A stretch of DNA of 32,542 nt from NCBI GenBank assembly GCA_905178155.1, contig CAJINV010000047.1, positions 4,536 to 37,077 on the forward strand, read 5' to 3'. The notes under the pieces were generated by a model. The model did not search any database and was not told the origin of the DNA. It saw only the letters and a program-made list of their open reading frames with translations. Positions 11,247 through 21,400 of this stretch are shown one piece after another; the first letter of the stretch is position 1; each line of letters begins with the position of its first letter. This stretch comes from Amoebophrya sp. A120. Lineage: Eukaryota; Protista; Dinoflagellata. Made by a program: the position numbers and the translations under genes.

Positions 11247-14200
11247 CTGCAGGAAAAACAAGGAAAAAGTGTTTGATTGTTTGTACTTGGTTCAAGTTGA
11301 AGACTCTTTACTGGATCATATTTCGACTGATGACACTGAAGCCAGATCTATCTTTGCCTTAGCGCTCGTGCTTGCACACATCTCTCTGCTCGTGTCTGCA
11401 GTCTTCTAGCTTCTGTTCGAAGAGCAGACCCTCAACGAGACAATGTACGAAACAAAAAGTGAAAGTAGTAGGTACCAACGTCCTCTATCGATCCTTGCTT
11501 CAGAAAAACGTCGTCGTCCTTCCGAATTTTCATATTTGTTGTGGTCCACACAGGCTGGGAGGCGTCACCTGAGAGCGGCGCCCCGGGATGAAGTTTGGAC
11601 TTTTTCAGCCAGGCGACCCATCCATGCTGCTGGTTGAGCGCCTCGCTTTTTCCTCGACCGCGGAGTGTCCCGCTGAGAACGTTGCTGAGGCCCTTAAAGG
11701 ACTGCGCGAAGGAGCTACCAGCGTGCGAGGATGAGATTGTAGCGTTGATGCTCGTACTCTCCGATTCATCGAACTCGTCGTCGTGGCGTCGATCTGCGTC
11801 GGAAGAAAGCAGAGGCCTTGGCTTCTCCAGCATTGAAAATGCGTTGTTTGCGTCTGACGACCCCTCGTGCGGCAATGGTGCTCTTGTACTGATAGAAGCC
11901 GAGGACGGTGATCGCCGACGACGTTCGCCTTCCCCTGCCACTGCTGGTAGCAGTTGGGATCTTCGCCCTTGCAAACCGACCGCAATGCTGCTCGACGAAC
12001 CGTGGTTGTGATTCTGCAGGAACAGGTCCGTCGAGCTCCCCTCAACTGTGAGGAGGAAGTAGTTGCGGGGGACAGAGGATGCACAGCCGACCTCCCACAG
12101 AGCCACAGTCGGACGCGCATCGTGGTCCTGCAAAGCTGCGTCATCTCCCTTGTTGCCACGCTGTGTTTGCCACGAGGTTTGACCAACCGCTACCTTCGAG
12201 ATGCGCTGGTGGTCCCGCACGTACACCGACAAGCACCAGTCCTTGAAGCAGCCCGGCCCGTGGAACTTTTCTGTCAGCTCCTGCACGTGCGCCGTCCGCG
12301 TCCACGCTCTCACGGTGCCCTCCCTGCCCGCGTACTTTCCCGATAGCTGCAGCAATTCCCGCGGGGGCGTCAGGCGGACGTAGTCGGCCAGGGACGCGTC
12401 GCCGCCCGGCGCAGCGGCGTTGCCGACCCCGGCGCCCCCGAAGTCCTTCGCCAGCGGGGCCTGGATCAGGTCCGGAAACTCATTGCTGGGCAGGTCCAGA
12501 TGTACGCGCAGTGCGTCGAAGTACACGACGATCTGGAAGTTGATGAACCGTGCGAGCGCCATCTTCAGGTCCGCAAACAGGTCGGGAAGCCGGATCCCGC
12601 TCTGGATGATGCTGAATTCCAGCTCCTTGTATCCTATGTAAAAACTTCCCCAGCACCCCCGAGCTGTCATTCACATTTGCATGATGCTCATGCGGCTCCA
12701 TGGTGTTTGGGAATCTATCTGTGGTGAGCTAATCAGGATAATGGCGCTGATTGGCAATGCGGCTGGAGTAGCTTCTACACACGACTAGACTGCAGAACCA
12801 AAATTCTCATGCGTGCTTAACAGCCAATAAAAGTTTCGGATTTATTGAATTTGTCCTGCGCAATTCCCATCTTGGCTCTGGGGTAGGGGCCTCGCTTTTC
12901 CTCAGGATACCTTGCGCCGGAACATCACGGTCATCTTCGCAGCATATTCGGATTGCTGCTTCACGGCGATGTCGGGAAAGTTGGCCCAGGTTTTCAGGCA
13001 CTGCGAGACCGAGTTCCCGTCCGTGCACCCGTAGGACTCCTGACTCGCCTTCATCGCCCGCGTGAACATGGGGTCCGACTTCATGAAGGCCTTCTGGGCC
13101 ACGATCCGCGCGCGGTCGAAGATCTGCCGTTTTTTCAGCACTTCGCTCCACAGCAAGTACTGCTGCTCCTGAAACACCTCGGGCAGGTCCGCGAGCACCG
13201 CTACAATATCCCCTGAAAATTAACCATCCGCCCCGTCCACCTTTTGAAAGATAAGAATAGAAGTCGACTTTGCGTTTACTCCATGTTAATGCTTTTTATC
13301 ACAAACTGAATGGGGATGGTTTGATTTTCAGGGAATACACGACGTCCTCCGCGTACAGAGCGGCGCGCTTGAGCCGCTGCCGCGCCAGCATTTGCTTGAG
13401 GTGCATGCGCAACAGGTGGTAGAAGCCCTCGAACAGGTTGGGCCCCGGTTTCCCGGTCGCCGGGTCCGCCTCTGTGAGTTCCTTGCCTTCCAGTACCACG
13501 TGCGTGTAGAATGCAATCAGCGGATTGTACAAGTTCGGAAACTCGTCGCGCCACCAGTGCTGGTACCCACACAGGCGCTTAAAGTCGTGCTGGATTGTTT
13601 TCAACCTTAGCATAGCATCGGTAGTGATTTTCTGCTTTTGCTGCACTTCCAAAACGGAACTCTGGTCAACTACTTTCGGCGATGTTTTCATTGTCCTTTT
13701 GCGCATGTTGTTCATCTCGGCCTTGTCATCACCAACAAACTCGTCCTCGGCGCTATCGCTCTCAACATCCTCCTCTTGCTCGTCGTCCACATGTAGTTGA
13801 TCCCCCCTTTCGAAAAAGCTGCTGCTCGTCCCTGCGTGCTCCTGGTCATCTTCCGTCCCTGCTCTCAATGAATCTGGCGTTAGCACTTGAACATCTTCAC
13901 CGAGACGGACGTTCTGTCCGTGCCTACTCCTGCTCCCGCTTCTTCTCTCTTTTGCACTTAAGTGGTGCTTGTCTTCGCTTATCACGTTGAAAAGCGCCCC
14001 CCTCCCAGAATGTGGAAGCGCTTGCATGGCAAAAGCTCCCAATGAAAGCATTTGCAGCCCACGCCCTGCAGCACGTAGCAGTATGACAAATTTTCGACTC
14101 AGAGTAGCGAAAGTCCGTGTTGCAGTTGCAGTTGCGCAGTGCCACAGTATCTTGAGTGATGTGTCGTGTCAATATCAACAACAACATGGTGAAGTTGCAT

Positions 14201-16146
14201 AAGTAAGTAGTGGCTTAGCTTCTGAAGCAAAACGTATCGCATTCCATTTCCATGCATGGCATTCATGCAATTTATTAAATAAAGTTCCCGCGCGGAACAA
14301 CCTGCTCGGTCTTCCGGTGGTGCTGGGGCACTTTTCACTCTCATATCGCTAGTAAGATCTCCATGTGTTTTCCTCGAAAGTTCCGGGTGAAACACAGGAT
14401 CGCCCGCCCGGCTGACGGTCGCGTAGGCGCTGCGCTCGAGCTCCGGCTGTTCCTCCGGAAACTCGAGAAACGATGTCCGGTCGACGGTACTGCGCAGCCT
14501 GTCCTTCCCTGGATTGACCCACTTGCTGAGCCCGATGAACAACTTCAGCCGCGACCACTCGCTCTGCACGAGGTGGCACCTCGACATCTCGCGGAAATGC
14601 CCGGCATCGTACACGACAACCGCTTATGCGTTGCAAATATGCCTGGATCTGGATGAAGGTAGGACTGGAGGCAAGCTCGTCTGGGTCTGGACTGCACAAA
14701 AAATTGTGTTCCACGACGGCCAAAAGAACTCGCAAATACCATAATCTTCTCTTTTTCTTGTGGTAACGCAAGTTATCATTTTTGGCGAACATCTCGTGCG
14801 GCGCAGGCATCAAAACAAAGCCCAGAGCGAAACGCGCCATGCTTTCGCATGCATTCCAGTAGAAGACCATCTTCACCATCCCAATTTGCTGTGATGTGAT
14901 CCAAAACATGCATGACAAAACCCTGCAGTGCTCCACGCACACAGACATACTTGCAATGGATACGTCGCGTTCGTGTCGGTCGCGAAACTTGTACAATTTT
15001 CCGCGGCGATTGACCACAGTCGCGCCCTTCGAGCCCCTTTTCGGCACCTTGCGGCTCGACGAGCACGGGGTGCCTGGCAACGGGCGGTCTGTGGCCTGCT
15101 CCACTTCTTCGAGCGCGTCTCCGAAGGCGTCCACAGCCGCAAACCACCCATTTTCCGCCACAACCTCCAGGCACCGGCGCAGCGCGGTGGAAAATTCCAG
15201 GCGAAAGTCCATGAAGTTAAACACGTCCGGGTGGGTCGTCTGCTGCGTCCACAAGCCGTCGTTGCCCTCGCCGGAGAAACTTTCCCACACCACCGTGAAG
15301 TAGATTTGTTGGATCTTCATGGCAACGTGCGCGAGCGAATCTGTCTTACGGCACCGCAATTTCCCGACATCGGTGCGCTGGTGGGCCACGTACGGGTCCA
15401 TCGAGTGGAGGTTCGTAAACGCGCCGCGCTCCGTCGGCTGCAAGAGAAAGAGCGAGGCGGCGTTCAAGTGCTTCTCGCGCAGCCCACTGGACTGCTTGAC
15501 CGGCGGGATCATCTCTTCTTTCGCATCTGCCAGAACGGCGTTTGTAGAGCTGTTTGCTGGCCGCGCGCCGTCTAAGTTGTAGAGCGTATTCGCAGCGTCG
15601 TAGAGCGTATTCGCAGCGTCTAAAGTTGTAGAGCTCGTGTTGTATCCCAGAAAAGAACTGTGTCTGTGTTCATGTTGCTGCCTTGATATGATATGACACC
15701 ATGACAAATGAATCTGTTCTGCATGTTGACACAGAAACAAAGCCTGTCATGCACAGGCACAGCTAGTATCAACAGTACTATGTGAAAACAAATAATGAAA
15801 CAAATGACAAGTAAATAAAACGAAGACTTTATGGCTGGCAAGCATCAGCATGGCAAGTGTAACTGTGAATGTGATGCGGCATACTTGGCATTGCAGATTT
15901 ACGCCAGACACAACGAACTTACACAGTTTTTTCTTTCCATATGTTGGAGCTCACCGCTACTGCCGATGCGACCCTTCGACGTTGTACTAGGTTCCGCGCT
16001 CCGGCAATCATACATGTACCTGCACAAAAAAATGCAAGCAACAACATGCGATGACTGAGCTCGGCACGCCAATGCGCCGAGAACAAACCCTTGGGCCGGA
16101 AGCAACTCATGGCTTTCCGTTTCAGCCATAGAAAATTATGGGCCAT
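9685..16146 (-). CDS. G2: multi-exon hypothetical protein (~1600 aa) with a possible N-terminal signal/anchor. Exons ~16146-16056, 15834-15744, 15657-14964, 14623-~14285, 14020-13339, 13202-12911, 12625-11476, 11246-9685
   Basis: Long minus-strand ORFs joined by phase-compatible introns. The two 5'-most exons and the ~14285 junction are tentative. Confidence 0.65.
11247..11475 (-). other. Canonical GT-AG intron (229 bp), no terminal inverted repeat seen
   Basis: G|GTACC donor and pyrimidine-rich CAG acceptor, phase 1 on both sides. Confidence 0.75.
11476..12625 (-). CDS. G2 internal exon
   Basis: ORF 11432..12670 between two GT-AG introns. Confidence 0.75.
12626..12910 (-). other. IR-flanked GT-AG intron (285 bp) with a 5-bp direct repeat
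   Basis: GTATCCT / AGGATAC terminal IR with further imperfect pairing. CCTTG at 12625-12629 and 12910-12914. Joins FRRK|ELEF in frame. Confidence 0.8.
12911..13202 (-). CDS. G2 internal exon
   Basis: ORF 12902..13198 with GC3-rich codons. Confidence 0.7.
13203..13338 (-). other. IR-flanked non-canonical intron (~136 bp)
   Basis: IR TATnCCCTGAAAATnAA(A)CCATCC at 13207-13229 / 13314-13337. The frame requires length mod 3 = 1, and the nearby GT-AG option (138 bp) breaks the frame. Confidence 0.65.
13339..14020 (-). CDS. G2 internal exon (acidic low-complexity stretch, then helical region)
   Basis: ORF 13299..14051. Confidence 0.7.
14021..14285 (-). other. Probable intron, donor unresolved
   Basis: TTGCATG / CATGCAA IR at 14022-14028 / 14264-14270. 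Ends TTTGCCATGCAAG, similar to the family-A 3' end. Confidence 0.45.
14286..14623 (-). CDS. G2 internal exon
   Basis: Frame of ORF 14099..14614, reached in frame after removing 14624-14963. Confidence 0.6.
14624..14963 (-). mobile_element. Introner-like element, family A copy 4 (340-bp GT-AA intron)
   Basis: IR 14632-14653 / 14932-14956. Shares ATGACAAAAC..TGCA with copy 2. Removal joins HERD|AVVVYDAGHF. Confidence 0.75.
14964..15657 (-). CDS. G2 internal exon
   Basis: Protein-like part of ORF 14349..15740. Contains a 21-bp tandem duplication (DAANTLY x2, 15579-15620). Confidence 0.7.
15658..15743 (-). other. IR-flanked GC-AG intron (86 bp)
   Basis: TGTCTGTGTTCATG pairs imperfectly with CATGTTGACACAGAAACA. 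Phase-2 join to the hydrophobic segment of ORF 15620..15841. Confidence 0.55.
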
Positions 16147-17256
16147 TATTCTTGATGTGAGTGATTGAACACTCTGTCTGGAAAAATACACGATAAAGAA
16201 CTCTGTCCTCTTCTTGTTGGAATAGCCAGGCGTCCATGACCAAATGTGGTGACGTTTGCACACGTTTATTATAAATGTAACTTTTGGTTTTCTTCAGACA
16301 GGACCTAAATGCGCGATTTTTCTGGTACTTTGTATTCTTCTAGAATATTGCAAGCGAGATGCTAGCTCTTTAGGTGTGTGTAGTCAGCTTGTGGGTGGTT
16401 CACAACTTTCCTACTTCGCTATTGAATGCTTGTTAGCTCGTTAAGTGTGTGGGAGACGGGCGTTTCCTGTCAAATGTGGAAGAGAATTTCGCCATGATCT
16501 CGCACACAGCCGAGGCACCGATCATGAGCAGGCAGCATACACACGCCGACGTGCAACCGATTTTCCACTTCATTTGAGCTTACTGATGCACGACAGAGTG
16601 GGACGAAAGTTGCATTGCTGGCATGGACGGGCCGAGTAACGTGGTACCGATTGACATCTCCTTCAGTAGGAGTTCTTGCTTGCACTTGAGTGAACGACAC
16701 CGACCTGCTCGCGAGGCAGGAGCACTGTACCGATTGTCCCTGCAAGGGCTAAAGAGTGCACCGATTTTGTCCGAGCTCTGTACAGCGTTTAGTTCGCAGT
16801 CGAACATTTGACTATCAGCTGGTAGCCCCCCTTCCCTGCAAGGGCGGGATTGAATCAGTTTCAGTTCTGGCCTTGCATCATTATCATCTTGCTAGCATAG
16901 GGCAGGACTGCTAGACGTTTATCTGGACCACGTTGTCGCTGTTCAAAGATCGGCGCTGTCCTCTTGCAAAGTTGTATGCAATGCGCTCACAATATCTGTG
17001 AGATGCACGATGCAAGTAAGTACATGTGAAAAGTGAGATATCTTGGAAGTAGCTCTTGTGTGAGAGATTTTCATCCTATCCACCGAGTAGGTACGGTCCG
17101 GCTATGTGAGCGTGCAACACAGCAACCGACAGAACGGCACCGCGCGTCCCTGTTTGAGTCTGACGTCGGTGCAGTTGCCGGATTCTACATGAGAGAGCGT
17201 GCATGACGGCAACCGGAACCGAGATGAATCACGGTCCTTCTAAATGAGCGTAGTCC

Positions 17257-17350
17257 TCACGGCAACCGACAGCTACGGGGTCACGGGAACAACCGACAGT
17301 TACGGGGTCACGGGAACAACCGACATTTACGGTGTCACGGGAACAACCGA
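17257..17350. repeat. 27-bp tandem repeat (~3.5 copies)
   Basis: TCACGGGAACAACCGACAGTTACGGGG units at 17257 (shortened), 17281, 17308 and 17335. Confidence 0.9.
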
Positions 17351-18080
17351 GAGCTTTTTACGAACGTTCTCTATCATGAGCGGGCAACACGGCAACCGTG
17401 AATTCCCGTCTGACGCAGACGGTGCAGTTCGAGTTCCAAGTTCCTCGTCGAGCAGACTATATCATATACAAACAGTTGTGATGAAGAAATTTTCTCCTCA
17501 TCCAACGAGCCGGCAACGGTGGAAACTTAAAGCAGTCCGCATCATCCAGCATCAATGTTTGAGAAGGAAATCCGACAGAATTCGAAACATCATACATGTA
17601 AATAATAGAAATAATGTCGGTTGAAGGGTCAATGAACGCAGAGGAACGAGGAAAATATCGGGAAAGGGCGGGTCGTGCCAGCGGCAAGACATGCATCTTG
17701 CGCACAGGGCACGGCACGCTATCTTTTGAACAAAACGAAGCAAAGTTGCAGAACAACTTGTGAAGTTAGTAAAAAGTAGCTCGGGGTTGCATATTACGGT
17801 CGACGGAAAATATTGTAACATATCGCAACGATCGGGAACTCATGCGTGCACTATTTAAGAAATCGCACTTTTTCGTTAAACTGTGATGTACGTGATCGCA
17901 AACTCCTAAGAGGTCTGGTACAGATTGAAATGGAATGAAAAAGAAAAATTTTGGTTGAAAAACGGCTGTTTCATGCGTGCCTGTGCGAACAAAACTGCCG
18001 GATAGTCGCAAAGAGAAGACGCGAAAGAAACTCTCCGGTTCCACATAGTTTCACAAATGTGTGCGAGAGCTCGTACAACT

Positions 18081-18491
18081 TTACACCACCAGCTGCGGTA
18101 ACGAAACCTCACGCTTAGGCGATTGGCTGGCACGCCGGCGAGATAAGAAAAGCTGGACGGCTTTTGCTTTTCGTCCAGACAGAAAAACGGACAGACGAGA
18201 TTGCTTCGGCTTTTCGAAGTAGGAGGACATGTACTGCCGGGTTGTAGTCGCTTTGCTCTTACCTTCGGGCGCTTTGTTCTTTGAGCGCGGGATGCGCCGG
18301 CTTTGGCTCGGTTCAAGGCCGTCGCGGGCTTTTGCATTTCTTTCAGGATTTTTGTCGATGTTTGCGGAAGAAGTTTTGTTCCGCTGGAGAAACGCGGCGT
18401 CAGGCGACTCGGTATCGGTTTGCTCGATTGTGCTTTCCACACACCCGCAACAGGGGTCCGGAAGGAATCCCAAAGATCCTTGATCTCGTGA
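18081..18491 (-). CDS. G3 last exon (basic tail, contains AAFLQ)
   Basis: Frame of ORF 18081..18653, same frame as 18702..19124. Confidence 0.55.
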   Translation of the reverse strand, partial: SRDQGSLGFLPDPCCGCVESTIEQTDTESPDAAFLQRNKTSSANIDKNPERNAKARDGLEPSQSRRIPRSKNKAPEGKSKATTTRQYMSSYFEKPKQSRLSVFLSGRKAKAVQLFLSRRRASQSPKREVSLPQLVV

Positions 18492-21400
18492 CATCAAGAG
18501 GAAAAAGAAAACATAATTCGCAGTACAATCCACATAAGAATGCCCGTGCGGCGGCGGCTCTCGAACCTGCAATTCAATGCAAACCACGAAAATGGAGTTT
18601 GAGCGTTGCAAGCACAAATAAAAAAAAAAAAACACAGACAAGAAGGCCCGCATGCATGTGCATTTCGATCCCGTCGAAAACGACCAAGAACCAGTTGTGA
18701 ACTACTTCCGCGCAGCAGTTTTGTTTTTCCTCTTCGTAATTATTGTCGTAGTAGTCGGTTCAGCTTCGCAACCGAGCATCATCAGCTCTTCTCCAATTCC
18801 AGGGCAGTAAAACGTCGGCGGTAGCGAATCAGCTACCTTGCACGTGACGCCTTCTATCGGCTTGGCGTCGGCACTGAGCCCTCCCGGCGGGAAGCGCTCG
18901 ACACCCAGGACATCCGCCCAATCGAAAGTGCTCGTCAGATTCAATTGATCTAGCTGGTCACTCTCTGGGGCTGCGCAGCCAGCACCCGTGGCCGGCGAGG
19001 TCGTGCTATTGTTTGCGGCTGCCTCCGTGTAGCTCCCATCTTCGGGGGCATCCTCGTCGTCTTGCTTTAGGACCGTGATCGGCGTAGTTGTAGATGTTCC
19101 GGGGCTCTTTATCAAGCTGAACACAGGGACGCTTCGCTATCCGCGCTGCTTACGCGACTACTCAAAATTGGCGCTGCTTTATCTCTACCTAAATAGGCAT
19201 GCAACAAATGCGTTATGAATCTCATAGCCATCGAAATACAAATAACGGGCACGTTTTTGCCATTGCATAAACAAAGCCCACAGTTGGTACCACGCGAACC
19301 AAAAGGCACAAAATAAAGCCTCTATGTTCATTTTGATAATGGCGGTGCTGCTCTGGTCAAGGATGGGAGGCACGGTGTGAGGCGGGGTTGTAGGGGTTGT
19401 CGGAGTACTCGCAATCGGTGGAGATTCACTGTCCTCGTTCCAGTCAATCACCAGGTCTTCTGGTGTGCTCGTGTCTTGGATTGTGAGATCGTGTACGATG
19501 GCGGACAAATCCTCTCTGCTGGCCAGCGCAGTCTTGATATCGGCTCGTAACGTCTCTGATGCCTCGTCTGAAAGTCCGTCAGTCGTGGATGGATTCCAGT
19601 TCCAGTCGGATGTTTCCAGCACTGCTGCGTCTAGGCGGATGCCGAACTTGTACTGCACCGTCACGCTCTGCGTCACGTTGTTGTTCACTCGCCGCCCACC
19701 ATTTGTGGCACTTTCTTGGATGAATGACATGAAGCTCTGCACGAGCTCCGGAGTCATGGCATGGATTTGAGAGATGTTCAACGGCGTACCGGCCGACGCG
19801 AAGAATTTTTCGTTTAGGAAAGCCAAAACGCCACTCTTTATCGCGTTGCGGAAGCTTGCGCCCGTTATGAGCGCAATCACGTCCTGGACGGATTTGCCGA
19901 TCGCCAGTTGCAGTTCCATTTGCCTTGAAATTTCCGCGAGCGTTTCGTTGTTGCTCACCGGAATCGAGGTAGTGGAAACCCCATCTGTTGGATCCACCGT
20001 TTCTGCGGCCGTGGTCGAAGAGCTTGCGTTCGTTGTCGACGGTTCGGCGCTTGTGGAGGGCAATGGGCTCGAGGTGGTGGGAGAAGAAGGGGTTGCGGTC
20101 GTGGAAGTCGTCACATTGCCACTCTCGGGGTCCGACGTGCTCGTGCTCGTGGCCGCCGGTGTGCTTGCGGCCGTTTCGTTAGATGCGCTCGCTGTCGTAG
20201 TCGTCGTCGATGTTGTAGTATTCTGCACTGGGGCCACGAACTTGTTTTTCAGGGCGTCCACCAGGGCCTCCAAGTGGTCCAACACGGTAGCCCCCGGGGC
20301 AGCGGTCGATCCCGAACTATCGTACTCGGCCCACTTCATTCCCACGGACCCGTGATCCATGCGGTGCGGGTGTACCATTGCATAATTCTCGCCGTCTTTA
20401 GTGAATGCCACTACTTGTTCCTTCAGATGCCAGCTCGCCGCCGCTAGCTCCTCGTCTGAACCACTGTGAGCCGATTCGCCAGCCCCCACACCAAAGCGGC
20501 TGTACAGTTGTCCTTGCATGCGTGTGATGATCCCGCTTTGCTGGTTCGCAATGCTTGCTACGTATGGTGTGTCTTGCAGCAGCCGGTAGTTGGGCATGTA
20601 GGTTGCGCTCTGCGTCCCGCCGTCTGCGACGTGCTGTGTGAATGCCCATCGCGAAGAGTAGCCTCTGGTGTTCATCAGCAACGCACCGTTGTCCCCCTCG
20701 CAAGTTGCGTCGGTGCTGGACCCCGGTTCGTGTACTGTCTCAGCTGCAAAACACCTTCGAGTGTCAGCGTCACGAAATGGTACGACGGTCAGAAATTGGA
20801 GCTCCGCGTTGCCCGGATCGGCCGCTAGGCGGTGCATTTCTGCTATGTTTGCGTTTGACACAACGCAGTCAGACGTCGCGAAATGCAAAAGCAGTGGCTT
20901 CTCCGGATTGTACACTCTAGCGTCCGCGAATGGGACTATAGGTGAGTCGCGCACAGGCGTTTCGCGGACAACGACGCGAACGTCCTGCAAAGCAGCAATC
21001 AACTCAGGGCCACGGTATGGATCACCGCCTTGAAGGCTGTCAGAAAAGCACTCGAATCCCGCGTTCGCTGGACACGGAAGTTGTGCCTCTCCCTCCCCGT
21101 GTTCGCCCGCGGACGGATTTGGGTCTTGCTCGACAGGAGGCGCGACCGCGTTCTCTACGGAAGTGATAAGCGCCTTGACGTCCCCCAGCAGACCTTGTGC
21201 TGGACCCAGTGCCAGGCCGTCAGGCCCAGCACCGTCCGCATCTGACCAGGTCTCTGCACCGGCGCGGTTGTATTCGTTCCACGTCATCCCCGCGGTTGAC
21301 GTTCTGAGCGAGCCAAACCGTTTTGGGTGCACCATTGCGTAATTATCGCCAAACTTTGTGAACGCGACGACCTGTTCTTTCACGTTCCAAGTGTCCACCA

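Noticed and set aside
14349-14963. C-terminal part of the 463-aa ORF 14349..15740 as real protein
   Set aside because: It reads through family-A copy 4, which happens to lack stops in that frame, and then overlaps the more protein-like frame of ORF 14099..14614.
19185-19343. Aromatic, hydrophobic C-terminus (ALFCAFWFAWYQLWALF) as a membrane anchor of G3
   Set aside because: It lies inside the IR-flanked intron 19107-19343. It would be used only if that intron were retained.
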